The notes under the pieces: model-generated | Told to the model about the DNA's origin: nothing | Seen by the model: the letters and a program-made list of their open reading frames with translations, nothing else | Databases searched by the model: none | Made by a program: the position numbers and the translations under genes | In this document: positions 29,101 through 36,204 of the stretch, piece by piece | Layout: each line of letters starts with the position of its first letter | Position numbering within the stretch: the stretch's first letter is position 1 | Virus record (IMG/VR): IMGVR_UViG_3300034092_002263 | Strand: one strand, 5' to 3' | Source: an uncultured virus (IMG/VR IMGVR_UViG_3300034092_002263) | Lineage: Duplodnaviria > Heunggongvirae > Uroviricota > Caudoviricetes | DNA length: 64,000 bases

Positions 29101-30884
29101 TCTGTGATTTTTGATGGTAATTTTTTCCCACCCCTAAATCCAGAGGAACCAAATATAATTTTGGATTGTTGATCTTTAGATAAATTAACAAATGCTTGTG
29201 AGTTAAAAGATTCTTTATTAAATCCAAGTTGATCTAAAATTTTTGGATTATTAATATTTCCAGGAAAATTTAGGTTTAATTGTCTATCGCTACCTTTCTC
29301 TGGTTGTAAGAAAAAACCACCTATTGCACCGGGATTAATAAGAATTTTACCACCTTTGGCATATCTATTCTCATTCATAGCAGCAAGATTACTAGCACCT
29401 AATCTATTGACGCTACTCTTTCTAATAACAAATTCGCCGGGTTGTAACATTGCTGGAACAGTATCTCTATTGCCACTGCCGGGAACCATACCACCCCTAG
29501 CAAAATAATGAACTTGACCTCCGCGAGACATTCTTCTACCACCACCACCGCCACCTAATCCGGCTGAAATACCACCTAAAAATCCACCAATACCCTGTGC
29601 CGCTTTAATGCTAGCAAATGTTAATAATAATGGTATAACGGGTTTTAACGAATCTGCAAGTTTAATTAGTGCGCTCGCTAATTTCAAAGTAGTATCAGCA
29701 AGAACTTGGAAAGTGCCAGTTTGTGTAACACTTCTAATTAGTGCTAGAAATTCTTCTTTAACTTTGATAATTCTTATAGCAAGAGATTGTTGTGCAGTAG
29801 CAACGTCATTAGCCAAAGAACCCGCGCCCTCTTGTGCGACATTTAAAGCTTCTTGAGCAACAGCAAACTGTTGTAAGAGTGGAATAACTTTACCAATCTG
29901 TCTAAAGCCACCAAGCTCTTCTGCAACGCGAATAAATGTAATATCGCCCTGTTCTAATCCACCAAGGGCTTCGCTCAATCTTTTAATGGCTTCAAACGGT
30001 CCAACGAATTTACCCTGTAAATCTACAAGCTCTACACCAAACTGTTTTAAGAATTCAATTGTTTTGGGGCGTTGGATACGTGTAAAAATTGTACGTAAAC
30101 CAGTACCAATACTTTCTGCACTTTCTCGCGTAGTCGCTCTTACGCTGGTGAACAATGCCAAGAGTTCATTAAGACTACCGCCAGAAGATTTAAACACACC
30201 GCCCGTTCTACGAACAACGTCGATCAAGTCAGATGATTCAACAGCAAACGCCGCTGAAACAGCGTTAACTGAACCAAGTTGTTGTTCTAAGGCAGCGGCA
30301 CCAGCTCTAAACTGATTAAAAATAGCCACAGCGCCTTCTGTGGTTTCTGTAATATCATCGAACGTTGGCGACAATTGAGTTTGTGCTAAAGTTCTAAGTG
30401 CTATTTCTGTATCTTTGGCAGTTAAACCAGCTTGTGCTAAAATCGTTGAAACATTTATCAAACTAGAAGAACTAACACCTAAATTAGTAGCTAAAGATGT
30501 AATTGTCTCACTAAGAGAAGAAAGTTGTGTGATAGTCTTGCCAGTGACCTGACTTATACGAACTAACTCTCTTTCAAATTTTATAGCTTCATCTACGGCG
30601 CTGGAAATTGTATTAGTAAAAAGACTAACAGCCCTAGTTGCTACGGCTAGGGCTGAAAATCTTCTTACTGATGTTACGAATGTTCTGCCTAGTCTTTCTG
30701 ACGCTACAGTAGCTCTATCAGTAGACTGAGTTAATTGATCTATTTCAGATCTAGCTCTTGCAGCATTATTTACCTGTATATTAACTCTAACATTATCAAG
30801 TTGACTTTGGATTTGTCTAACAACTTGATTAACATTTGAGGGCGCTTGTATATTTAACTGTGCTGTGAGTACAAATCTTGACAT
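23178..30884 (-). CDS. Tail tape measure protein (2568 aa) with internal enzyme-like cassette
   Basis: N-terminal TP901-family-like core (FERELVRISQVTG, LAQAGL, ESIGTGLRTIFTRI). Ala/Gln-rich helical body with hydrophobic glycine-zipper segments. DTVPAMLxPGEFV motifs; position after tail tube and chaperones. Confidence 0.93.
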   Translation of the reverse strand: MSRFVLTAQLNIQAPSNVNQVVRQIQSQLDNVRVNIQVNNAARARSEIDQLTQSTDRATVASERLGRTFVTSVRRFSALAVATRAVSLFTNTISSAVDEAIKFERELVRISQVTGKTITQLSSLSETITSLATNLGVSSSSLINVSTILAQAGLTAKDTEIALRTLAQTQLSPTFDDITETTEGAVAIFNQFRAGAAALEQQLGSVNAVSAAFAVESSDLIDVVRRTGGVFKSSGGSLNELLALFTSVRATTRESAESIGTGLRTIFTRIQRPKTIEFLKQFGVELVDLQGKFVGPFEAIKRLSEALGGLEQGDITFIRVAEELGGFRQIGKVIPLLQQFAVAQEALNVAQEGAGSLANDVATAQQSLAIRIIKVKEEFLALIRSVTQTGTFQVLADTTLKLASALIKLADSLKPVIPLLLTFASIKAAQGIGGFLGGISAGLGGGGGGRRMSRGGQVHYFARGGMVPGSGNRDTVPAMLQPGEFVIRKSSVNRLGASNLAAMNENRYAKGGKILINPGAIGGFFLQPEKGSDRQLNLNFPGNINNPKILDQLGFNKESFNSQAFVNLSKDQQSKIIFGSSGFRGGKKLPSKITENIFNKNGTINKRKKLGLGTDVSEALSDPNTEKRISNAVKRGAVQVDKQPVNISGSISSYFPGRDDLETSSISQIVSSNTKSALYDAVLKSTQPAIERLNNPIINIDNARAKSGASKISNDPNAKKTTEGFIFEGLIQAITGAALSGGQSNFDFPSSSIASSKTSLAAMFANSSGEGINNLVKADAKRTNTKDAIDSIKNKIVNDINKGKLEGVTLQKFAAGGLATAPMVDDILQASGSILPNPSSAIQALIKSGGGAVDIDRTLKRTVGDLAYAKAKTPEAKQSVLQTYFRDEAKRLQDLKSSPLTQFGKELQAIIKSGQIDPRKISIISKSKRVKGAAEYLGGLFGIPTANMIFTQGASKQPALDSMRSKGPRADRAVKRFATGGSVGTDTVPALLTPGEFVINKKSAQNIGYGSLNRMNKVGKYAKGGIVGIQRFAKGGKSKPPQFLGSGSEGFVDFDPSIFTGVSTTFKVLDKVTKNLSSRIANFAGFNQELSSGYASLSQQIKGVIGFSGGPLITALKDNAAANKLGSLTQFGIIDEISQYISSLDGNTAQHLIVEERLEAYGRALLEDTKVKQESAKASKDVKKSPASSGGEVDRNIDQEIYNAKQNIKDLYVKQYQYESSSARLAQRGITSVSQIDAERKKLKQAITEQYNAAKKSATQNIMSGKTASQIDVRTGGVVSNKTAAAKAKKAALQEAGFYKGSDKANVLSAGYKRRTNENLEYTASRMAATDPVEARRYRMERQIQTNRRESSARSDLRNTVQAGASSPLPSNRASDAGGGGGTPRRGGGDGMAAFAAFGAVTSALAMLAPTIDENSTSMDYLKKNFSELGLQVSTVGYFLSQIPFGSIADGFKGLLVNVGLMSSAAKVNAAANTANTITEGAETGANTANTASEVAETSANLAAVLANPFVLLAAAVLGAIGAFALWQSSIAEAAKAQKEKAIKEGDVNTAVLKAEEEVGARERMIRPTGDELGNVGLGAASGAAIGLAVGSIVPVIGTTIGAAAGAIIGAGVGAMTASLEVDGDIIIKHAKAMSLTNKATEKFQDAQDATSQKMEEFRNGTASAIDVLNAASSAQLAAVEARMANEEALSALQKELAEDTFSYMREALAWLSFGFVDSNADVKKQRVEKQEELQKANKELDKTVLASAKPGIGLVQRQTANSGGSFQDVLNLLKQRDAEQGTNVVATLEREQEEAKAKGRDSELQRMEKEFNNLAKEAQRTREAFNAMNLGFNNVNAAASAASVGINNLIEAQDGSTSRLGQTISTLEAGITNAAQGISDTDWNSAVQEASGQLSKLGGDPAQIKKFEENLGAVNQAQKFFAQASEEAKAKLKADFERGVARGTGTADEKREALGEAVVNQLKDFAPEVKERIKKAIEGGNLSPDDMQKIVDGNFAPLQNALGELGEQTLSQVLPALQKVKESEEQLFKIQKQRIDLENKYIEAQKKTIDVQMEAAKIMEEFGGAAVTPEMQKQAILDKANLDSAQVGVSGLQTGSAAEFAQRSAETRAKMEELGAVRKSAASGDRGAQQQINPEFEAQEQRLADLAAKEQETIRALIDVKRQELKLVKAKNKAEKDAIDSLLSGNIEEFLNKQAGAGAAAAAAVGDPRLTSQFGFTAFGEATKQLQAQKEAGVREVFGQNIDQVTENAYAAGLANTGMSGDLKGMAEVAAGTTAEEKAIQEEARGLAAQLVPAAQNQELAAKLQLDAARALEEAAKKQMEAAVQNVKERTGEAGKAAEGAEAPKADQSAAPPPEPKAQAQPEAQASKPPPSSPLSATVANFSGNPALQARLAANTNYTPPSQTGTTPPANVATTPAPPVANVPQVPQNTSSSGASPQQMMPTFNSDGIISAIGGLQSVLSTIATNTTPANGNAQPPIDLAALSNFSQSLTTFLGAFQANIDRLSSLGLNITLAPVTVTVNLMDGGIFKAIKDYANNQIIEAVTKEISKYKVGQGGTLSKSSSTVGR
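27777..29531 (-). repeat. Seven (F/Y/M)xxGG motifs and a duplicated FAxGG-DTVPAxLxPGEFVI-MN-YAKGG module inside the TMP
   Basis: MSRGG aa452, FARGG 461, YAKGG 508, FAAGG 813, FATGG 977, YAKGG 1021, FAKGG 1032. Confidence 0.85.
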
Positions 30885-30916
30885 TTAGTATCCTATGCTA
30901 CAAGGCTATGATATTA

Positions 30917-31768
30917 TTATAGATCTTCCTCTTCTTTAGCAGCTTTTTTCTTCTTAGGTTTTTCTTCGGGAGTAACATGGATATCATCTTCATAGTCGGC
31001 TTGAATTAAGATCTGACCGCTATCTGATAATAAGTTGCCATCCCTATCTATGCGTTGACCTTTATCATTAATAAGCCAACCCTTATCGTTGACTCTAGTA
31101 CCGTCTACGTCTACTTTGTTACCCTCTGTATCGACCAGAGAAAGTTCTTCGTCTACTAAGTTAAACTTTTTAAGGAACTGATTTTCTGGTAGATTTTCTT
31201 CATAAGATTTATCTAGATTATAGATCATTTCACCAAGAGTCGCGGCAGCGGTGAATGCTATTTCGTCGTCTGCCTTTTCTTCATAATCTGCTAAAGTACT
31301 ATACACCTTTTCTCCATCAGAATAATATGTACAATTTGCTACTAAAAAGTTGAATTTAGCATTATCTGATAAACCTTCAGCAGTATTAGATTCTAAGCTA
31401 ATCTTTTCAGAGATTAATTCTCTAAGTTGATTTCTTAGTCTACGTATTTGAAGAGCCTTTTCTTTGCCTTCAGATACTTTTAATTTTCTACCATTAACAC
31501 CTAGGGCAAGTTCTCTTTCAAGTCTATTAATTTCAGAACTAATACGACCCTGTTCTTGCTCCTTCTGATCGTTCCATATATTATTTTTTCTCATGAAGTC
31601 TTGTAGTGTTAATTTAGTGAACAAGCCTTCTTTGATAGATTCTGTCCAAACTTTTACACCAATTTTTTGAGCTTTGGTCATAAGAATGGCAGATGGTTTT
31701 TTAACAACGATTTTGACCTTAGAACCATCCTCTAATTCCACTTCTACTTCTTTCTGTTTTTCCTTCAT
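30917..31768 (-). CDS. Putative tail assembly chaperone (283 aa)
   Basis: Immediately upstream of the TMP. Charged and helical, with a KIVVKKPS start. AGGAG SD and ATGA overlap with the upstream gene. Confidence 0.55.
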   Translation of the reverse strand: MKEKQKEVEVELEDGSKVKIVVKKPSAILMTKAQKIGVKVWTESIKEGLFTKLTLQDFMRKNNIWNDQKEQEQGRISSEINRLERELALGVNGRKLKVSEGKEKALQIRRLRNQLRELISEKISLESNTAEGLSDNAKFNFLVANCTYYSDGEKVYSTLADYEEKADDEIAFTAAATLGEMIYNLDKSYEENLPENQFLKKFNLVDEELSLVDTEGNKVDVDGTRVNDKGWLINDKGQRIDRDGNLLSDSGQILIQADYEDDIHVTPEEKPKKKKAAKEEEDL

Positions 31769-32091
31769 TTTTTATCTCCTAGTATAGGTTTCACGGGCAT
31801 CTCAATTTGAAATCTTAGTAATTCCACATCATATTGAGCCAACTCAGCATCAATATTTCTCATTTGATAATTTCCTTTATCTAATATTTCCGATCTTAGT
31901 CTAAAAAATAATTCTTTCATTTCTTCACAATGGGGAGAATTTTCATTCCATAAAAATCCTAGATGTTCCTCTATAGAGCTTATAGCCCCGATCATAGTTG
32001 TCTGTATTCGTTTTTTCATACTATTGGATAATCTATCCTTAGAATCTTCCTTATATTTACTGTATCGTTTTGCAGAGTATTTTTTGTCCAT
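31765..32091 (-). CDS. Hypothetical protein, tail assembly region (108 aa)
   Basis: Tightly coupled ORF between the tail tube and TMP genes. Confidence 0.7.
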   Translation of the reverse strand: MDKKYSAKRYSKYKEDSKDRLSNSMKKRIQTTMIGAISSIEEHLGFLWNENSPHCEEMKELFFRLRSEILDKGNYQMRNIDAELAQYDVELLRFQIEMPVKPILGDKK

Positions 32092-32093
32092 AA

Positions 32094-33134
32094 TTACTTG
32101 TTCCTTTTTGTGTGATTTTTAAACTGCTCATTGATCTGCTGCCGTCCTTCCATTTGTATGTCTGGAAGATTTTCATAACTTACAACGCCATTTTTTCTTA
32201 TAGCCTCAATTCTTTGTTTTTTAATCCATTTAGCTTGATCTGTATTAAGTTCATCAATTTCTTTGGGACTAATATTTTTCCTTTTGGTAACAAATAGTTC
32301 TTTAGATGAATTTAATTTTTCATTCTTAGATATTGCTTCTAATTCTTTTTGATTTTTTTCCTTTGCTCTCTTTTTCTTTTGAGCAATAAACCAGCCATCT
32401 AATAAATCGTCATCTTCAATAACGTCGTTTGATGGTGGATCTATAGACTCTTGAATATTATCATAGGTTTGTGACCATAAGACTAAATTTTTTTGATTGA
32501 GTGTTACGTCTACATTATCTGCATTAAAAAATAGCTTGAATTGACCCTTAGTATTTGTAATCCACAGAGATCTCCAAGGCTCATTACGCGCTAAATATCT
32601 TATGGTATTATCAGATATAACTGAATTTTGATATTGTTCAACTATACTTTCTATTATTTTTTCTATGTGGTACAGTTTTTCTTTTTTATATGTTGTTTGT
32701 GTTAAAATCCAAGTTAATCTATGCATTTCCGCATATGATTCACAAGTATTAGAATAATATGCATTTTTTTTATGCAATTTTTCTGCTAAAATCCTTTCTA
32801 TAGATCTTATTGTAGATTTTCCATATTTCAAAAAGTATGTATCTTTTCGATTTTCGTATAATTTAAACTTTGCATCCTCTAAATCTTTTGGCAATTGTTC
32901 AAGTTCTTCTTCGTCTGTTTTTTGCCAAATGCCAATAGCTTTCATCCAAGATTCAGTTTCCTCTACGGTCATTATATCTTCATTTTGGGCTTCTAAAAAT
33001 GCATTTTGGTATATTTCATAAGATTCGATTACTTGTTCTATGGTTGGTGGATATATGCAAAGTGTTGGATTTTTAGTATAAACAACTCCAGATCTAATTG
33101 AAGAAATAAGAAACTCCCGCAGACGATAATCCAT
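32094..33134 (-). CDS. Putative tail assembly chaperone-like protein (346 aa)
   Basis: First gene after the tail tube; helical and charged. Function from synteny only. Confidence 0.5.
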   Translation of the reverse strand: MDYRLREFLISSIRSGVVYTKNPTLCIYPPTIEQVIESYEIYQNAFLEAQNEDIMTVEETESWMKAIGIWQKTDEEELEQLPKDLEDAKFKLYENRKDTYFLKYGKSTIRSIERILAEKLHKKNAYYSNTCESYAEMHRLTWILTQTTYKKEKLYHIEKIIESIVEQYQNSVISDNTIRYLARNEPWRSLWITNTKGQFKLFFNADNVDVTLNQKNLVLWSQTYDNIQESIDPPSNDVIEDDDLLDGWFIAQKKKRAKEKNQKELEAISKNEKLNSSKELFVTKRKNISPKEIDELNTDQAKWIKKQRIEAIRKNGVVSYENLPDIQMEGRQQINEQFKNHTKRNK

Positions 33135-33156
33135 ATTAATCTCATCTACGGGAGTT
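33112..33156 (-). promoter_or_regulatory. mRNA hairpin holding the AUG of the 346-aa gene in its loop, followed by a U-rich tract (attenuator/terminator-like)
   Basis: AACUCCCGUAGAUGA pairs with UCGUCUGCGGGAGUU (15 bp, two G-U), then a 3-nt bulge and UAAU/AUUA closing the loop AUGG. Confidence 0.65.
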
Positions 33157-33159
33157 CAC
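33142..33159 (-). other. Putative 5-codon leader uORF (GTG AAC TCC CGT AGA TGA)
   Basis: AAGGA SD 6 nt upstream of the GTG; covers the 5' arm of the hairpin. Confidence 0.4.
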
Positions 33160-33189
33160 TTTGTTTCCTTAAAAATCCAATTTAATTAT

Positions 33190-34071
33190 TTATGCTATCT
33201 CAAAGAAGTTATAACCAACATATGAATATGTAATAGTTGCATTACCGCCGCCAGCATCTCCACCAGAATAATTACTACTAGTAAGTCTTGCTGAACTGCC
33301 CATACTAAATGTAAGACCGGCAGCAGTAACTGATACTGTTTGGTCTGATGTGATATCATTTTGATCAGTATCTATAAAATCTAAACCAGTAACATTGTCT
33401 GTAGCTAAATATTCCATTTCGCCAGTAACTTCTACTGGAAAACCAGCAGCTTTATGATATGGAGCCTTACTACCAAGTTCAAATAAATCTTCTCTAGAAA
33501 AGTCTAGACTAAAAGAAGCTGATTGTAATTTAGACTTACCGCCGGGAGAAGCTGCTGTAATATCTTGTCGTCTAATAACCGCTGCGTCTGCTGTTGGATC
33601 TGTCACTACAGCATTACCAGTTGATGATCCTTGAATTGTTGGTGGGTTGTTCGTGACGCCCCACTGTAAGTTATTGCCAACTAACGTAACGCTTTCTGTC
33701 ATAGCTCCGTCGATTTGGAAATTAACAGAATAACTACTTACATATAGACCTGTAGCTTGAAGAAAATTTGATGCAGTATAAGGTGTAGAGCTATCATCAG
33801 CTACAGACATATATAAGTTTGGTCTAGCGTTACCAACATCTGTAACAGCGCCGCCAAGAGTATCCCAAACAGAGTCTCCATCTTTTAAGATGACTCTTTC
33901 AAGTGTAATTTCAACATTTGGTACACCTTCTAGGTTTTGATAAATATCAAGTCTACCTAGTTCGAAAATTTGTTCAAAGTCTACGGTGCCATTAACACCA
34001 ACTGATTGCCAGCCAGAACTTAGTCCTGCAAGAGACACGTTCTGAACTGCATAGAATATTCTATTTGACAT
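33190..34071 (-). CDS. Major tail tube protein (293 aa, internally duplicated)
   Basis: Paired motifs QSVG...EQIFELG and QSAS...EDLFELG; beta-rich. Strong SD and its own promoter motif; position between tail terminator and chaperones. Confidence 0.75.
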   Translation of the reverse strand: MSNRIFYAVQNVSLAGLSSGWQSVGVNGTVDFEQIFELGRLDIYQNLEGVPNVEITLERVILKDGDSVWDTLGGAVTDVGNARPNLYMSVADDSSTPYTASNFLQATGLYVSSYSVNFQIDGAMTESVTLVGNNLQWGVTNNPPTIQGSSTGNAVVTDPTADAAVIRRQDITAASPGGKSKLQSASFSLDFSREDLFELGSKAPYHKAAGFPVEVTGEMEYLATDNVTGLDFIDTDQNDITSDQTVSVTAAGLTFSMGSSARLTSSNYSGGDAGGGNATITYSYVGYNFFEIA

Positions 34072-34122
34072 GAATCTCTCCCTTAATGAAGTATAATTTT
34101 GTCTAGATCTAGATCTATCACT

Positions 34123-34130
34123 TTATACAC
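34123..34130 (-). promoter_or_regulatory. Putative late promoter element GTGTATAA
   Basis: Intergenic, upstream of the tail tube gene. Confidence 0.55.
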
Positions 34131-34133
34131 AAA

Positions 34134-35096
34134 TTAGATTTGTGTTGTGATTATTTCGGTTGTCATACGCACTATTCCAGCGTACAAATTTGAGTTAAGT
34201 ATTTCCATTCCTTGGACTTTAGTGTTTCTTAATAGCGCCGTGCCATTAAAATATGCATTAATTAAATCTGGATATCTTTTGGCGTTTGGATTAGGATATC
34301 CCATAAAATTTAATGGAAAATCATTGCTGGACGCCATAGAATTAGTATTAAATAGTCCTATTATTTTATCATTTTGCAAAGAAACAATATCTACTAATTT
34401 ATTCCTAGTTAAATCATCTTCTGCAATGCAATGGAATAAAACGTCAGTATATATAAATTGACCACTAGGGCCAAGTTGATAGGGTTTAAATGTTCTATTT
34501 GGTACTATTTCTATGGCAATTGCTGGCAATTGTACCCTCATTTCCGCTGGAAGTTCGTAATCTCCCTTTGTGTTATCACTAAAAAAGGAGCTTTTATCAA
34601 GAGTTCTATACTGAATTTCGCGTATCCAAGGTAAATTACTTGCATAAATTACATTGATATACTTATAACTATGTTCGGCTTGTACTTTGCTACCAGTGGG
34701 AATAGGATTATCAAATATTACCCTTCCATTATAGTAATCTACCTTATGGGAATATATACCACTTGTATTAGATGGATAAAAAGTGTCGTTAACATAAATA
34801 CCAGATATTCCCGGTATATTTGGGTTATTGCCGACAAGTGGGGCTGGACTATATGGAACACCACTTTGCCACACCCAGTTTTTTCTAAAACCTTCCCAAG
34901 CAGAACCCTGTGGATAATTATCATTAGATGATAACTTTAATAGGGAATAGTCTTGCGATCTAGGAGAAAGTTCACCAAGTGTTGCGTTGAAGTAATTGCC
35001 CTTTTCTAATAAACCCCAATCAAAAAATTCTACAAGATTGTCTTGTAGCTCATTATTTAGCGTGGTAGAAAAAACACTATTAAATCCGTGTAGCAT
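34134..35096 (-). CDS. Putative tail terminator / tail completion protein (320 aa)
   Basis: QLPAIAIE...DVLFHCIAEDDLTRNKLVDIV resembles the tail-terminator (lambda gpU-like) pattern; immediately before the tail tube gene. Confidence 0.6.
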   Translation of the reverse strand: MLHGFNSVFSTTLNNELQDNLVEFFDWGLLEKGNYFNATLGELSPRSQDYSLLKLSSNDNYPQGSAWEGFRKNWVWQSGVPYSPAPLVGNNPNIPGISGIYVNDTFYPSNTSGIYSHKVDYYNGRVIFDNPIPTGSKVQAEHSYKYINVIYASNLPWIREIQYRTLDKSSFFSDNTKGDYELPAEMRVQLPAIAIEIVPNRTFKPYQLGPSGQFIYTDVLFHCIAEDDLTRNKLVDIVSLQNDKIIGLFNTNSMASSNDFPLNFMGYPNPNAKRYPDLINAYFNGTALLRNTKVQGMEILNSNLYAGIVRMTTEIITTQI

Positions 35097-35098
35097 AA

Positions 35099-35725
35099 TT
35101 ACCTCAGTGCATCTTGTAAGATTAATGCTATTTCTTTTTCCTGCCTTCTACCAATTAATGCTCTAGTAATAAAATTGTCATCTGACGTTCCAGAATATTG
35201 TGGCGGTACTCTAAAAAATCCACCAACTTTCATATTTCCAAGTCCAGATCGACCCAAACCGGCTTTAGGATTGTATTCATAATTAGTAACAATAGCTTCA
35301 TCACCCCTTTGTAAAAGCCACTGTAACCAGTGCAAATCTCCATTTTCATACACTGTGTGACCCTCTGGAAGAGATAGTAAATTAGCAAAATCAGATGGCT
35401 GAAAATACACTATAACACCGCCACTTGTTAAAGTATTATTAAATAGGACTATATCTACGCCTACAGACGAAACAACCGCCGAATGTATAGCATTAAACGC
35501 GATTCTTTCATCTCCAGATAGTATTCCAAAAGCTCCAGATAAAAGACCATTTGCTAATGCCATCATCTCGTCTTGAGATGTAATCCATTTACTAGCCAGA
35601 TTTCTCACTTTGTTGGTAATATTTTGTTTTTGAGTTTTGATTTTTTTATTGATGTATGAGGATGAAGCATTATTGATTTTTTTAGAAAAAGACTCAAGAT
35701 TATCTAAAAGCTTGATAGTTATCAT
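35099..35725 (-). CDS. Putative neck / tail completion protein (track start 35743; ATGA-coupled start at 35725 more likely)
   Basis: Between head-closure and terminator genes; C-terminal GT..DNFITRAL motif typical of neck proteins. Confidence 0.5.
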   Translation of the reverse strand: MITIKLLDNLESFSKKINNASSSYINKKIKTQKQNITNKVRNLASKWITSQDEMMALANGLLSGAFGILSGDERIAFNAIHSAVVSSVGVDIVLFNNTLTSGGVIVYFQPSDFANLLSLPEGHTVYENGDLHWLQWLLQRGDEAIVTNYEYNPKAGLGRSGLGNMKVGGFFRVPPQYSGTSDDNFITRALIGRRQEKEIALILQDALR

Positions 35726-36204
35726 ATTCTTTTCCAAAAACATGCAAAATATCTTTTTTGTTTCAAGCCCATAGGTATGTGTTCTCCTACTCTTTCAAAT
35801 CTCATTTCTTTATAGCCCTTAATATTATCATGAACAATAAGACATTTAGCGGCTAATACTTTTGGTAAATCGGACATATATCCAATAGTTTGTATAGAAG
35901 AATCTGGAGCAACTATACCAGAAGATAGCTGAATCCACTGTTTTGAATCCCAGTATATTTTGAGAACTATATCGGTCAGTACTTCTATTTCTTTAATAGA
36001 AACATTGCCCCTATTTCTATCCCCCAAACCTCTACGATGATCATTGATTGAATTAATAGTTGGTAAATTGTTGTTAGGATTGTAGTTAATTTCTTCTTTT
36101 TTTTCTATAGATACTAACTGACAAGTAGATCCAAATATATCAAAAGTTGAATCTATAACTTCAAAATATTTATCTATAACAGCTTGTGATATATTAATTG
36201 ACAT
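35722..36204 (-). CDS. Putative head closure (stopper) protein (160 aa)
   Basis: Size, beta-rich pattern and position in the connector cluster. Confidence 0.5.
   Translation of the reverse strand: MSINISQAVIDKYFEVIDSTFDIFGSTCQLVSIEKKEEINYNPNNNLPTINSINDHRRGLGDRNRGNVSIKEIEVLTDIVLKIYWDSKQWIQLSSGIVAPDSSIQTIGYMSDLPKVLAAKCLIVHDNIKGYKEMRFERVGEHIPMGLKQKRYFACFWKRI

Noticed and set aside
27777..29531. TMP insertion as an intein or homing endonuclease
   Set aside because: No intein-like N-terminal splice block, no His-Asn end and no LAGLIDADG/HNH motif; the boundaries are AxGG motifs instead.
30917..33134. Programmed G/GT-type frameshift in the tail chaperones
   Set aside because: I found no convincing slippery heptamer with an open shifted frame at the gene ends. 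The three ORFs have their own starts.
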